Below are positions 50,101 to 64,000 of a stretch of DNA of 64,000 bases, in pieces; within the stretch, counting starts at the first letter, position 1, and every line of letters begins with the position of its first letter. The stretch spans positions 9,935,480-9,999,479 of the forward strand of contig CM121342.1 in NCBI GenBank assembly GCA_051530055.1, in the 5' to 3' direction. A model generated the notes under the pieces. That model made no database searches. It had not been told where the DNA came from and was given only the letters and a program-made list of their open reading frames with translations. The DNA comes from Neoechinorhynchus agilis. Lineage: Eukaryota; Animalia; Acanthocephala. A program made the translations under genes and the position numbers.

Positions 50101-51266
50101 ACCGGGGGGACGAATTGGCGGAGGAAAACGGCCTTATGTTATATCAACATAAGCTCGTCATTCCGAAATGTTTGCGATTGAAGGTACTCGAAAACCTCCA
50201 CAAGGGACACCCGGGAATTGAGTCGATGAAAAGACTCAGTAAACATGTTGTGTGGTGGCCACGAATTGGGGACGACATTGAAAGGTACGTGGGAAGATGC
50301 ACACATTGTCAAAAATCGAGACCCGCGATGCCGAAAGAGCCACTGTTCAGATGGGACATACCACGCCGTGTGTGGAGCCGGTTACATTTGGATTTGGCGG
50401 GCCCAATAAAGAACAAGATGTTCCTGATTCTGGTTGATGCTACAAGCAAATGGGTGGAGATATGGAATTTGGGTGAAAAGTCGACTACATCGAATATCAT
50501 ATACAATCTTACAGATTGTTTTGCGAGGTTTGGCGTGCCCAATACAATCATCACGGACAACGGGCCTCAATTCAAATCGGAAGAGTTTGAGCAATTCTGT
50601 TCGAATAGAGGAATCAAGCACGGTTCAACAAGTCCGTACCACCCGCAAACGAATGGCCTCGCGGAACGTATGGTGGGAACGTTCAAACGAAGGACCAAGA
50701 GCGACGATGGAAAGGTGACACAAGAAGAGCTTTGGGATTTTCTGTTGAGTTATCGGAATACGGAGAACAGTACGACAGGGATTTCGCCCGCGCGCGTTAT
50801 GATGGGACGGCAATTGCCCTCGATTTTCGATAATTTAAAAAATCACGAGTCAGTCGCGGAAAAGTATACGAGGGAAGATGACCATAAGAGGAAATTCAGG
50901 GAATTCGAGAAAGGACAAGCGATTTGGTTTAAAAGACCTATTGATCAGACGTGGAACGAAGGCGAGATAACGGATAGAAGCGGCCCTGTTTCATATACGA
51001 TCGAAGATAGTAATCAGAGAGAGCACAGGATTCACGGAGACTTTCTGAAGTACAGAGAAGAAGAAGCTGAATCCGGAAAAGAGGAGGAAGGGAGTAAGAT
51101 GGGAAACAGCTCACCGATCGAAGACAAGCGAGACGAGAGGGAAAACGATCCAAAATTACAGAGATCGGAAGACGATCCATTATTAGAAAGATCCGAACCT
51201 GAACATACTATTGCTCTTCGAAGAAGTACACGTACCAGACGCCCACCAGAAGTTTGGAGACGATAA
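47148..51266 (+). CDS. Gag-Pol polyprotein (CCHC, protease, RT, RNase H, integrase), 1372 aa
   Basis: CYKCGKLGHFTRRC, LFDTGA, YLDDII, LACDAS, LHKGHPG...CTHC, LHLDLAGP, ITDNGPQF, NGLAERMV. Domain order PR-RT-RH-IN is gypsy-type. Confidence 0.95.
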   Translation: MTSGDSDGQIWKILEQQAKMIEMLTNRQIKYGEDQEARNRSMISETEVAKANITPFRQYVEQDEEWKDYTLQLEQHFEWCQVKESACKKSCLLSWIGAKPFRQLTKVLTRDKLKDVSYEQIVEAMGKLAGAVEHEVTARFKFGMIKMKEYQTYAEWIAELKGAGENCKFYKEETKTEADALSERMRDHVVLNTPYDAVRRAAFQIENLTFENLQEIAFRYESTSKAIEIMPSNKAVEAERAIFEVKKRNDEDENRKVDSRGRRDTQWTFNKWKCPKCGTGHGRNQECRARGCKCYKCGKLGHFTRRCRSDKVNRVQRASDSQSSSEESEVFDVNIMEQDKRQQAWIKTRLNGIKIDILFDTGADVTIISNQVWKAIGRPQLKKGKKLISFGGSEISSLGECDVLVTIGRTKKVATVTVVERTAKCLFGLPWCKHFNIRLPQEVYVNTIKAVGIHEGLDRCLKLHDKLFQQKTEPIRNMVVRLNLSRTAEPIFASARRIPFALEQPAREEIMRLVDGGILEAVDMAQEQVEWATPIVVVRKSNGKVRICGDFKVTLNRFLVADSYNIPCLEDVSRKLYGGQKYAVIDLSDAYLQLEVDQTTKNLLTIATPWGLYRYKRLPFGVSSAPKIFQKFMDQLLDGVPLTKAYLDDIIITGANDEEHIQNLNTVLTKLEEVGINVRREKCQFIKRVVKYLGHMLVDGKLCANSEKVDDLQRAMEPRNKRELRAFLGTANFLDRFIPNFQAICAPLYDLIKTKAVWIWRKEQTAVFERVKEAIANHISLKLYDEKKPLILACDASDYGIGAALFQADGRGPREAPIMLTSRKLNPTEVRYATIDKEALAIVHAIKRFHKYLYGRHFVLETDHQPLKHICGYQRDLSKMTNGRLVRWAIMLNEYNFDIRYVKGKTNLYADCLSRLPNDQKKFTVNSVDVKLLAANHQQRVEEIQLSRKTLELATKQDRTFKKLRQQLKYGWSSKMDRVDDAYWNRGDELAEENGLMLYQHKLVIPKCLRLKVLENLHKGHPGIESMKRLSKHVVWWPRIGDDIERYVGRCTHCQKSRPAMPKEPLFRWDIPRRVWSRLHLDLAGPIKNKMFLILVDATSKWVEIWNLGEKSTTSNIIYNLTDCFARFGVPNTIITDNGPQFKSEEFEQFCSNRGIKHGSTSPYHPQTNGLAERMVGTFKRRTKSDDGKVTQEELWDFLLSYRNTENSTTGISPARVMMGRQLPSIFDNLKNHESVAEKYTREDDHKRKFREFEKGQAIWFKRPIDQTWNEGEITDRSGPVSYTIEDSNQREHRIHGDFLKYREEEAESGKEEEGSKMGNSSPIEDKRDERENDPKLQRSEDDPLLERSEPEHTIALRRSTRTRRPPEVWRR

Positions 51267-51277
51267 GGGGGAGGAGA

Positions 51278-51378
51278 TGTCAAGAGTTATCCCCGAAAGA
51301 ATAATATACGTAGTGCATGTGGACATAGGTTGTGAACGTGTGTGGGGGTGTGCGCGCTACATCGAATAAAACATGACA
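51278..51378 (+). repeat. 3' LTR (101 bp)
   Basis: Follows the PPT; TGTCA...TGACA termini. Confidence 0.85.
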
Positions 51379-52088
51379 AAATTTTGTTCCCTTGTGATAT
51401 AATTTGTAAGTGTAATACGCTATTTGTTGATCGTGAATCTTTTCTCTGAGAAACTCATGGATATTATACACCTAACTGTGACAGTATTTTCTCATTGATA
51501 ACTATTGTCTCCTAATAATATGAGAGCCTTGTTGAAAATAAGAGGAGCCAAAGGTCATTTCCGTAGTTAGATTGTCTCTTCAAGCTTAAACGAGTATTTC
51601 TTCATCCGTTATTTCACAATATTTCTCCCATTAGGTTTCAGGATATTTTCGATTAAATGTCGATCGCCGTTAACAATACGTATAATGTCGTTTATATATG
51701 ATCGTTATTAATCTGCATTATAGTTGTTTTCTCTAAGGATCTCATTTTTAAGTATAGGAGGATGAAACGAATTAGGATTACGAATGTTGTGCTCATAAGC
51801 CCAATTGTGACAGTATTTTCTTATTAATGGCTTATTGGGACAAATCGTGATGTCTTGATTGGCTTGCTATAGTATTTCTTCACTCATGCTTTTGATTTAT
51901 TCGCCCATAACGTTTAAGGATCTGAATAATTGAATTTTTTCAACATTAAAATCTTACCTGAAACAGAAACAATTAAAATCTATTCATAATACTACCATTT
52001 TAGTTTTTAAACAACAAAAATGTGACTTTTATCATCTTCGAGACCAGCGCTCAGTTATCTAAAGACATTTAATCTATTACTTATGTTC

Positions 52089-53894
52089 TCATAATCGATC
52101 TATGATTGAAAATCCGTGCATGACCATTTCCTTATTATTCTCAATTCGAAAATCCTTTACAAGTCGTCGCACTTCATCGATCAACTCTTCCCTTTTGATT
52201 AATCGCTGTATTTGATAACATATAGTTAAAACTAAGAAATCAAGCGCTCACTTCGACTCTTGTATTAACATCTTTAAGTTTTACGACACCTTGTTCAATT
52301 TCCGATTGACCGATGATCAAACAAAAAGGAATGTTACGTTGCTCGCAATACTGAATTTGATCAAGAAACTTTGGCCTTGATTTAGCACTATAGGCAACTT
52401 TTATTCCATTATCGAGTAGCATTTTTAAAAGCTGTAATCTTTCAATAATAAATCCCGATTGAGCAGTTGCGACGTACACTTCAGTTTCCACTGTACGAAA
52501 TATTCTTTTTTCGGACAAACAGTCTAACCTCTGCGAAAATATTTTAAATTTAAGGAACATTCAAAAAAGTACCTGTTTAAGAACAGTGACCATTCGCTCA
52601 ATACCAAAACTGATTCCAATACAAGGGACATTAATACCTTCGCGTCCAGCAATCGTTCGAACCAAGTCATCGTATCGCCCACCAGCAGCAACTGTTCCAA
52701 CACTACCACCATCTTCTCCACTGACTTCAAAATTCTTTAGAACAACTTCATAAATGACACCGGTGTAGTAATCAAGACCTCGAGCTAATGCGTAGTCGAA
52801 TTGGATTCTATTCAATATTCCGAAAGCTTCGAGGTATTTGAGTAGTAGTTCAATGTCATCGAGCCCCTGGTTGATGATTTTCGAAGATTTAAGCGAAGTG
52901 TCCGTTCGAAGACGATCAAGAAGGCCTATTCCTGTAATATCGTCGGGACGTTTTTCAATATAGATACCAATGCGTTCTACCACGTCCTGTGAAATACCCT
53001 TTACTTGGATAAGCTCATCGTGGATCTCAATCCAGGGTTTCTAGAAAATGCAAAAAACATGAAATCTCATTTAGATGCAGAAGATTCAGAGCAATTTTTT
53101 CTATTGACCTTATCCAATTTATCCACCGAAGAACAAACAGTCTTTATCTGGGATTCTTTAACTCCGCAATGTATGAGAATTCCTTTAAGAATATTGCGGT
53201 GATTTAACTACAATAGCGGTTTTAAAGTATTGGCGAATTTGAACAAATAAGTAAACCTTAATCACATAATCGGGCATATTAAGCCGGTCCATCACTCTAG
53301 AAGCTAATAGAATAATTTCCGCGTCTGTAATCATCGGACCAAACTTTCCCGCAATGTCGAAATCCTTTAAGATTTGTTTTCTATTAAAGTAAAAAAGTTT
53401 GAACCCACGCATTGATAGAATTCTCTAAGTCGTCCTCTAGTCATTTTTGGATTATCACGACGGAACACCTTCCCAACCTGAAACCGTCTCATAAACAACA
53501 CTCTGCTACTAGCAAGGTACCTCGCAAAAGGTACCGTCAAATCATAGCGTAGTGAAAGCAGTTCTCCTTCAAAGTCTTCGAGATTGTAAATCAGCTTTTG
53601 TTCTTCGCCATATTTATTAGACAAGACGTCCTTAAGGAAAGATTATAAACAAAGATTCCAAATTTAATTACTTACTCTTAGTTCAAAACAAGGAGTGTCG
53701 ATTTCCTCGGCGTCGTGAGCCAGACAACAATCGCGAACGCATTCAATTATATTGCTGGTTCTCGTTTAGAAAAACCCAAAGAATCAGTAAATGTTTACGT
53801 GGGATCGAAGACTTATAAGATCTGATAAACAATCGCGAGTCCCCTTCGGGGTTTTCAGAGACACAGTGTTTGGAGGACAATTTGTAGTCGACAT
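52089..53894 (-). CDS. HARS1: Histidyl-tRNA synthetase (multi-exon)
   Basis: [60 protein letters not shown], and the anticodon-binding domain. All introns are short GT-AG. Confidence 0.95.
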
Positions 53895-54869
53895 AGTGCA
53901 AATCAATGAACTTAGAGTATTGAATTGATATTTCGAAATTAGAAATTTAAATACTCGGATAGAAGCCAGCGAGTAAATCTATCTGAAAAATTGGTAGTGA
54001 CAATGTTATAAGTGTAATATTTTTGTTACGTTTCACGCTAAGCATTCTAAGAAATGACTATTTTCGTTTAAGCTCGTTGTTCAACAGTGGAGATATTCCA
54101 TCAATCAAAAAACATTGATCAATGTTTCCTTAAAATAAATCCAGACAAAAACAATTAATAGAAATTTGAAAATACATCTCGACTTTAAATACTAATTTAC
54201 GAATAAGGAATTTAAAAGGCTCAAAGGGGAATTCTTCGATTAGGCAAATTGTGTCCCAAACTTTACTTTGCAAGAAACACTTCTGACGTTCAATGTCGTT
54301 TTCCAAAGAAAAAAATTCCATCAATCAAAAACATTGATCAACATTTCTTTAAAATAAATCCAGACTGGAACAACCAATAGAAATTTGTTTTATATTCCAA
54401 AAATACACCTCGACTTTAATTTTAAATACTATTTACAGAATAGGAATGTAGCAGACTAAAAGTCGGATTTCTTAAAAGCAACGACCTTCGTTGGTTCTGT
54501 CCTCGCTATAAATTTGGTCTTTGAAGTCAGTCTTTAATTGAGAATGTTTTTATCGTTTATTTCCATCTTTTTGGTTACTCTGTCTCTTTTTTTCAACATG
54601 AAGACATTCTAAAAGTCTTAAAATGGGCCCAACCGACAATCGCTTGTTAAAAATTCGAAAATATAAACGCATTGAGCTTTTAGATTCGAATACCAATTTA
54701 AGGTTACAATTCGTCGATTTCACTTTATCTAACTGGGAACCAGAAGCATTTCGAATTTACGACCTTAATCAAACGAATCAAGGGAAAGGGTTTCATCGTC
54801 TTACTTACGTCCAATAGATACAACCGTTTACTTTGCCAAATTCGTTTTGTTTAAAACTTATTATTTTAA

Positions 54870-55050
54870 AAATGTCGATATGTGAGGTACCGGGGAATGT
54901 GATTCGAATTATTATTTAGAAGTCGCCACCCGCGGTATCGTCGGGTTCATCATCAGTTATTTTGTTATTAATAGACGCTTTAACAAACAAACTGATGATG
55001 AACCTTCGGTGAGGTTCGCAGAACGTCTTTAATAAGTAATCATTTATACA
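54870..55050. mobile_element. Copy of the hammerhead-bearing palindromic element
   Basis: Central spacer is nearly identical to 25310-25355, with CTGATGATGAACC on both strands. The flank gtgaggtaccggggaatgtgatt is the reverse complement of about 25432-25454. Confidence 0.75.
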
Positions 55051-55440
55051 ATAATTATTATTTTAAATTCGCGGAAAATAATCATTGACGAATATTGCCG
55101 AAATTTAAAATGATCGAATTAATCAGTGTGACTCTAAATTTATAAGAAAGCAATCAGGTTTTCCCTTCGGCAACTTGAGTTCCGAAAGATGCGATTTGAG
55201 AAAATAACTTCCTATCAACGCATAAACGAGGCAACGAATGACGATTTATTTTTTATTTCTTTCCGCAAAACAACTGACAATATCGTCGGGTTGATCATCT
55301 CAAGATCATCCTCGGGGCAATGGACGATAAAAATGTTCCTTAGTTTGCATAAGAACTTTAAATGCTCGAAGATTGAATTATTCATATTTGTTTATGGCGA
55401 AAAAATTGAAGTAGCTTCATTTTTGCAAGTTATTTCAACG

Positions 55441-57150
55441 TAAATAACTTGCGGCACGAAATTGTGCCTCCGAAAACAATCGGATTCAATAAATTCCTTC
55501 AAATTTTCACCGTCATAAAAACGGTTTATCTGTGGCGGTGAAAAATTAAAGGAATTAGTTAGATCCGATATTTCGGTGGCATATTCTTGTGCGAGTTATC
55601 AAGGCCGCTTGCGGCACGAAATTGTGCCTCCGAAAACAATCGCATTTAAGAAGCTCTTTCAAATTTTCACCGTCATAAAAAAGGTTTATTTGTGACGGTG
55701 AAAAATTAAAGGAATTTTTTAAATCCGATATTTCGGAGGCACATTTTTGCGCCTTTATCAAGGTTGTTTGTGGCACGAAATTGTGCCTCCGAAAACAATC
55801 AGATTCAATAAATTCTTTCAAACTTTCACCGTCATAAAAACGGTTTACTTGTGGCGGTTAAAAATTAAAGGAATTTATTAAATCCGATATTTCGGAGGCA
55901 CATTTTTGTGCGCCTTTATATAGGTTGTTTGCGGCACGAAATTGTGCCTCCGAAAACAATCAGATTCAATAAATTCTTTCAAATTTTCACCGTCATAAAA
56001 ACGGTTCATTTGTGGCGCTGAAAAATTAAAGGAATTAGTTAAATCCGATATTTCGGTGGCATATTCTTGTGCGCCTTTATCAAGGCTGTTTGCGGCACGA
56101 AATTGTGCCTCCGAAAACAATCAGATTCAATAAATTCTTTCAAACTTTCACCGTCATAAAAACGGTTTACTTGTGGCGGTTAAAAATTAAAGAAATTTAT
56201 TAAATCCGATATTTCGGAGGCACATTTTTGTGCGCCTTTATAAAGGTTGTTTGCGGCACGAAATTGTACCTCCGAAAACAATCAGATTCAATAAATTCTT
56301 TCAAATTTTCACCGTCATAAAAACGGTTTATCTGTGGCGGTGAAAAATTAAAGGAATTTTTTAAATCCGATATTTCGGAGGCACATTTTTGCGCCTTTAT
56401 CAAGGTTGTTTGTGGCACGAAATTGTGCCTCCGAAAACAATCAGATTCAATAAATTCTTTCAAACTTTCACCGTCATAAAAACGGTTTACTTGTGGCGGT
56501 TAAAAATTAAAGAAATTTATTAAATCCGATATTTCGGAGGCACATTTTTGTGCGCCTTTATAAAGGTTGTTTGCGGCACGAAATTGTACCTCCGAAAACA
56601 ATCAGATTCAATAAATTCTTTCAAATTTTCACCGTCATAAAAACGGTTTATCTGTGGCGGTGAAAAATTAAAGGAATTTTTTAAATCCGATATTTCGGAG
56701 GCACATTTTTTGCGCCTTTATCAAGGTTGTTTGTGGCACGAAATTGTGCCTCCGAAAACAATCGAATTTAATAAGCTCTTTCAAATTTTCACCGTCATAA
56801 AAACGGTTTATTTGTGACGGTGATAAATTAAAGGAATTTATTAAATCCGATATTTCGGAGGCACATTTTTGTGCGTCTTTATCAATGTTGTTTGCGGCAC
56901 GAAATTGTGCCTCCGAAAACAATCAGATTCAATAAATTCTTTCAAATTTTCACCGTCATAAAAACGGTTTATTTGTGGCGCTGAAAAATTAAAGGAATTT
57001 ATTAACGCCTATATTTCGGTGGTACATTCTTGTACGCCTTTATCAAAACACTTGAAAAAACTTTGAAGCAACCTTGATAAAGGCGTACAAGATTGTGCCT
57101 CCAAAATATCGGATTTAATAAATTCCTTCAAATTTTCACCGCCAACAAAA
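55441..57150. repeat. Palindromic satellite, about 160-bp unit, about 10 copies
   Basis: g(c/t)ggcacgaaattgt recurs at about 160-161 bp intervals from 55452. Each unit folds back on itself (aaattttcaccgtcataaa / tttat..gtggcggtgaaaaatt). Confidence 0.95.
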
Positions 57151-57250
57151 CCACTTATAAATATTTAACTTCAATGAAAAGTCTAAAAATAAATTAAAAT
57201 GATTGGAGCAACAACAATGGTTGCTTTTTTCGCATTCCAGATATTTCCAA

Positions 57251-57988
57251 ATGTCTAAACGCTCTCAAATGAACAAAGCGTTTCGGGTTGCAGAATCGAC
57301 CGAGACTCGTTTGCCTAATCGCGGCGCCATTGGACGTCGTACAATTCCGAAAATCAATTTAAAGAACTCGATTGTGGAAGGTGGATCGAATGATGCCGTG
57401 CCTGTCAAAAGTGAACCAATCGACGGTGAAGCACTAAATGAGGCGGCTAGTTTTAGATCCGGACACAAACGAACATTTGTACAAAGCTCTGGAGTGTTCG
57501 GTGGAGGTCAATCCATTAAAACAGAACCACAAATTAGCACATTTCGTCGATCGGATTCGGGATATTCGAGAAAGCCGATTATCGACGCAAAAGGCCCAGT
57601 TGTAGCAAAGGGCAAAGTGGCGAGTCAAAATAGTTTTATTGGTTACGAGAAAATTGAAGAAAGTGTTGACGAGGACAGAAAAGAAGACGTAAAAGCCATC
57701 GCTGATATTCCAAGTCTTTTTCAAGATCCGGAACAAATGATATTTATGCAAATGCCTGCTGAAATCTTAAGACAAAGGGATGAAAAAGGTCACCTTGGGA
57801 AAATCAAAGTATATAAATCAGGAAAATGTGTGGTTGAATGCTTGAATGGTCAACGATATCGATTTGAAAGCATTACAAGTCCGAACTCGACCGAAGCGGT
57901 TTTGATTCCACCGCAAGAAAAACAGGAAATCATTAGTTTGGGTCTTGTTTCGCAGAATTATCTAAAAATAGTTCCGGACAATAAATAG
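57251..57988 (+). CDS. POLR3D: RNA polymerase III subunit RPC4
   Basis: C-terminal IFMQMP...GHLGKIKVYKSGK resembles the RPC4 domain (LFLQLP...GKLLIRKSG). Start codon inferred. Confidence 0.75.
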   Translation: MSKRSQMNKAFRVAESTETRLPNRGAIGRRTIPKINLKNSIVEGGSNDAVPVKSEPIDGEALNEAASFRSGHKRTFVQSSGVFGGGQSIKTEPQISTFRRSDSGYSRKPIIDAKGPVVAKGKVASQNSFIGYEKIEESVDEDRKEDVKAIADIPSLFQDPEQMIFMQMPAEILRQRDEKGHLGKIKVYKSGKCVVECLNGQRYRFESITSPNSTEAVLIPPQEKQEIISLGLVSQNYLKIVPDNK

Positions 57989-58182
57989 TGAGATTCTAGC
58001 ATAATGGTGGGAGATCGATTTTTTAAGTTGTTTTAACCTACCTTCTTAAAGCGTTATTTTGTGGTTCGGCGAACACATTTTAATAACAAAAAAAGTAAAG
58101 TTAGTTATGCGCGGATCTAGTTTTCAGCCTTTTCAATTTTTTCTTCAATACTTTTTTCTTTTTTTTCGAAAATGCCTAAATG

Positions 58183-60740
<2,558 letters not shown>

Positions 60741-61484
60741 TTGTCTGAAAATAGTTAGTGATTATTTATGTAAATCTTAGAAAATCATATTCTCAAAAAC
60801 ATGATCGTTCGATTTCTTTCAAATGTAATAAAAAAATGTTTTATCCTTAAATTCAGAGATATAAAATTGGGAAATGTTTCTAGAACTGAATATTTTAAAA
60901 TTCGATAATGTTTAGATATTGATAAAAATTAAGTATTTTTGGATTGAAATAGATTTTCTACAGTAATTCGGTGGGCGGTTTCAGCGTACATTTTGAGTCT
61001 CTAAGCAATTTTTTAAAATTTTCTTCACTATATTAAACAGTTTCGGGATTGTTTATTAAGGCATGATTTTAAGTTAAACTCTTGGACATTTAGCGACGTT
61101 TTAAGATAATAAATTTCGTTCTTAAAAAAATTGATTAACAGTTTTGTAGCCTTTTACAAAGTTTCAGCCATACTTAAGCGGGAGACTTCAAACTCGATTA
61201 TAAAAAGCGGCGTTCAAAAATCGATTCTTGACCGTTGGACGAATTGAATATTGTGAAGATGTTATCAAAAGATTATTTTGGTCAGACGAAATAAAGCAGA
61301 ATGATTTAAAATTTTGTCCTTTACGCGTGGAACTTCATAATTGTTTCTATGTTAACGTAGAGGACGAAATATAAAAATTAATTTTCTTCATTTCTCCTTG
61401 ACCAAAACAAATTGAAAATTCTCAATACTTTATTTACTATCTCCCATTAAAAAACTTCTACATTTTTGGAATTATTGTTTAGAA

Positions 61485-61625
61485 GTATGTACCCGGTAAA
61501 TGATTATTTATTAAAGACGCTGCGAACCTCGTCAGGTTCATCATCAGTCTGTATCCTCAAATGTTATTAAAATTTCCAATTTTTTATTACAATTCCAATA
61601 TAATTCACCGGGTTACTTAGGTCAA
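61485..61625. mobile_element. Degenerate copy of the hammerhead-bearing element
   Basis: cccggtaaatgattattttattaaagacgctgcgaacctcgtcaggttcatcatcag; the minus strand reads CTGATGATGAACCtgacgaGGTTCG. Confidence 0.65.
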
Positions 61626-62099
61626 TAAACGACTTGAACATTCTTTAAACATTATCAAATTATATCTCATAATTCAACGAGTTTTTCTATTTGATTATTG
61701 ACAATTCTTGCTTTTAAAATGTTGAAGACAATTTCTTTTGTTGAACATTTAACTTCAATTTCAACAACTCAATCTACTGAAAATTATTCTTATTCAGTCA
61801 ACAAAATTCAGAAGCTGCATTTTGTAAATTTCCAATTGAAAATTATCAATAAATCAATATCACAACAGAAGAATAAAGCAAATCTTCTCAACGACTTCTT
61901 TAGGGTTTAGCGATTGAAGTTTCTGGCTAAAAATTTAAAGAATTCATTGATTCCGAAATCAACCTCGATCAATCACCAAAAAATTCTTTTAATTTTTCGC
62001 CGCCATAAACAAGGATTTCTTTATTTAAACTTTACACTGAAGCGCAGCTTTATCGCGCGAAAGAATAGCAAATTTTCGATTTGTGATCGTTATTGGAAG

Positions 62100-62316
62100 A
62101 TATTTGTTTAGTGAAAACTCTCTAAAATCAGATTTGAATTTAACTTTCATTTGAAGCTACGTTTCTCGCAATATAAATCGTCTCGATTTGATTCTCGAGT
62201 TTTAAGATATTTGTTTAGTGAAAAACTCTCTAAAATCAGATTGGAATTTAGCTTTCATTTAAAGCTACGTTTCTCGCAATATAAATCGTCTCGATTTGAT
62301 TCTTGAGTTGTAAGAT
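62100..62316. repeat. 107-bp tandem duplication ending at the RAD17 start codon
   Basis: Units start at 62101 and 62208; the second ends taagATG at 62315. Confidence 0.9.
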
Positions 62317-64000
62317 GAGTTCTAATCCACGGATAATTCCCTTAAAGGAGCTCGCAATAAGTAAGAAAAGATTGAACGAATTATTACAGTGGTTTCAAAC
62401 GTCTACTACTAATGAATGCAACGTTCTTATCCTTTCGGGTTCTCCAGGTTGCGGCAAAACTACGACGATTCAATCAATATGTTCGCATCTTTCACTGGAC
62501 CTGATCGTCTATGACATGAACTTCGATTCTACTGAACCCGATGATTGTGATCGGAAATCGTACCGTGATGTTATTGGAGATGCGTCCAAGTTCCTCTGGC
62601 AAGTCTCTAGGTATCAAGATCTCATTAGTCCTTCCCGAAATCAATGCATTCTGATCGATAATGTTTCCGAAGTTGGTTTGTCGTTGTTTAAACACACACA
62701 AAGAAGGTTTTAAACATGCATTGACGAACCATTAAAATCTTCTCGATAACCGACAATCTTCTTGTTCTTATACTAGAATTCATGATGTTTTGAGACAAAA
62801 TTCGAAAATATCCTCGAAGAAAATAGTTTTCGAAGTTACAATTGCCGGTGGAAATCTGGGAACGCTCAAGAAACTTTTTCCTAGTGATTTTATCCAAGAA
62901 TTGGGGATTAAACTCGTTGCTTTGCAACCAATGAAGCATAGATTTCTTACATTTTAAAAAAGATCATTACATTCTCCAATAGAGCAATTGCGAATCGCCT
63001 TTTATGAAATCATTTTGCGGTTCGGTGAGAATTACAGATTTACGGTTATATTTTTAAAAACCAAGTCGATTTCCATGAATTTATGCTTTTTTGCGGACTT
63101 AATCATTTTTATTTTTCGGTAGCATATTTTTTTACTATTAGAAGTTTAGCTGCTTTAACCTCTTCTAATTTGAGGTTATTATCAATATTTCTTAAAGATT
63201 TATCCAAAGTTCTGATAGGACCATGCAAATGACCGAAAACGAACAAAATCCAATTATTATATAGGTGCGTAATGGTTTGTTGGCCGGTCGACAGATAATA
63301 ATTGACGGAATCTCTGACATTTGGGAGCAAAATGACGAAAAGACAAATTTATCAAGATAGTTTGATGCTAAAATCGAACTGTTCGTATATGAACGATTAG
63401 GTAAAAATCGAATTGATTGTGTTTCAACCATTATTTTACTAACTTCCTTCGTTAATTGTAAAAGTTTTGATATTTACTGAGGCCCATTTATTTCATTGAC
63501 AAATAAACTTGGACATTTTTTGTTAACCGTCATTATTAAATTTCTCATTTTTTTCATTTTAGTGAAATTCGGGGCTAATGAAAATCAGCAGACTTTCTAA
63601 AATAGAGATCTGTGTTAAAAGTGATGCTCAACTAATGACAGTGATAAATCCTGCAAGTAAAGGTAAACGAAAAAAGCAGCATTCTTCGTCAGCGATTAAT
63701 ATCTGCAAATCTAGTAAAGGTGATTTAAGATGTGCACTCAATTCTATTTCTTTGCAAACAACACTTTCGACAAAAGACACGGATTCATCTATTTTTCAAT
63801 CTGTTGGTGCTATTCTGCATAGAAAAATAATGTCTTCCAATGAAAACGAAAATCACAATCTGGACGATATCTTAAGTCGATGCCCCTTGTCTCACTTAAA
63901 TCTTATATTATTTATGCACCATAACTATTTAACATTTGTTAAATCCATTCAGAATTTATCCATGATCGCGAGTAGTTTCGCTTTATACGATTTTATGCAA
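62315..64000 (+). CDS. RAD17: Cell cycle checkpoint protein RAD17 (incomplete at window end)
   Basis: ELAISKKRLNELLQW, LILSGSPGCGKTTTI, GDLRCALNSI, and DSSIFQSVGAILHRK resembling SLSLFHALGKILYCK. Confidence 0.85.

Larger units (their letters stand above)
47026..51378 (+). mobile_element. Intact Ty3/gypsy (Mag/K02A2.6-like) LTR retrotransposon
   Basis: LTRs TGTCA...TGACA at both ends, PBS-like TGGTGACAGCG at 47156, PPT AAGGGGGAGGAGA before 51278, and a single uninterrupted ORF. Confidence 0.95.

Noticed and set aside
54623-55443. ORFs 54623-54817 and 55189-55443 as a gene upstream of POLR3D
   Set aside because: No homology recognised and no in-frame link to POLR3D could be built.
55441-57150. 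Regularly spaced repeats as a CRISPR array
   Set aside because: Whole units repeat with no unique spacers, there are no cas genes, and the context is eukaryotic. The same applies to the 460, 223 and 111-bp arrays.
61899-61912. Telomere-like TTTAGGG
   Set aside because: Fewer than two full units; expected by chance.

Overview
Compact, AT-rich, fast-evolving metazoan genomic DNA with mostly 40-70 nt GT-AG introns. Host genes: MMADHC-like, a caspase, a large USP24-like deubiquitinase, a divergent arginyl-tRNA synthetase-like gene, SDR39U1, glycogenin, TRAIP, NDUFB2, PKD2-like channel, histidyl-tRNA synthetase, POLR3D/RPC4, DDX55 and RAD17 (runs off the window). Mobile and repetitive DNA: one intact Ty3/gypsy element with very short LTRs, several LINE relics (L2/CR1-like, CCHC-ORF1 type, CRE/HERO-like), a tRNA-derived SINE dimer, a palindromic element family carrying hammerhead-ribozyme-like cores, and palindromic MITE-derived satellites. 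Main observation: five long inserts (about 0.7-3.1 kb) interrupt the coding sequence of four conserved genes (USP24, SDR39U1, PKD2 twice, DDX55). At the junction that restores the frame and collinearity with homologues they lack GT-AG ends. Instead they have 8-18 bp imperfect terminal inverted repeats and 0-6 bp direct repeats. The flanking ORFs remain intact, which suggests precise removal by non-canonical splicing or DNA excision. This is an inference: canonical splice alternatives exist but would delete conserved residues. All homology calls come from motif recognition by eye, not database searches.
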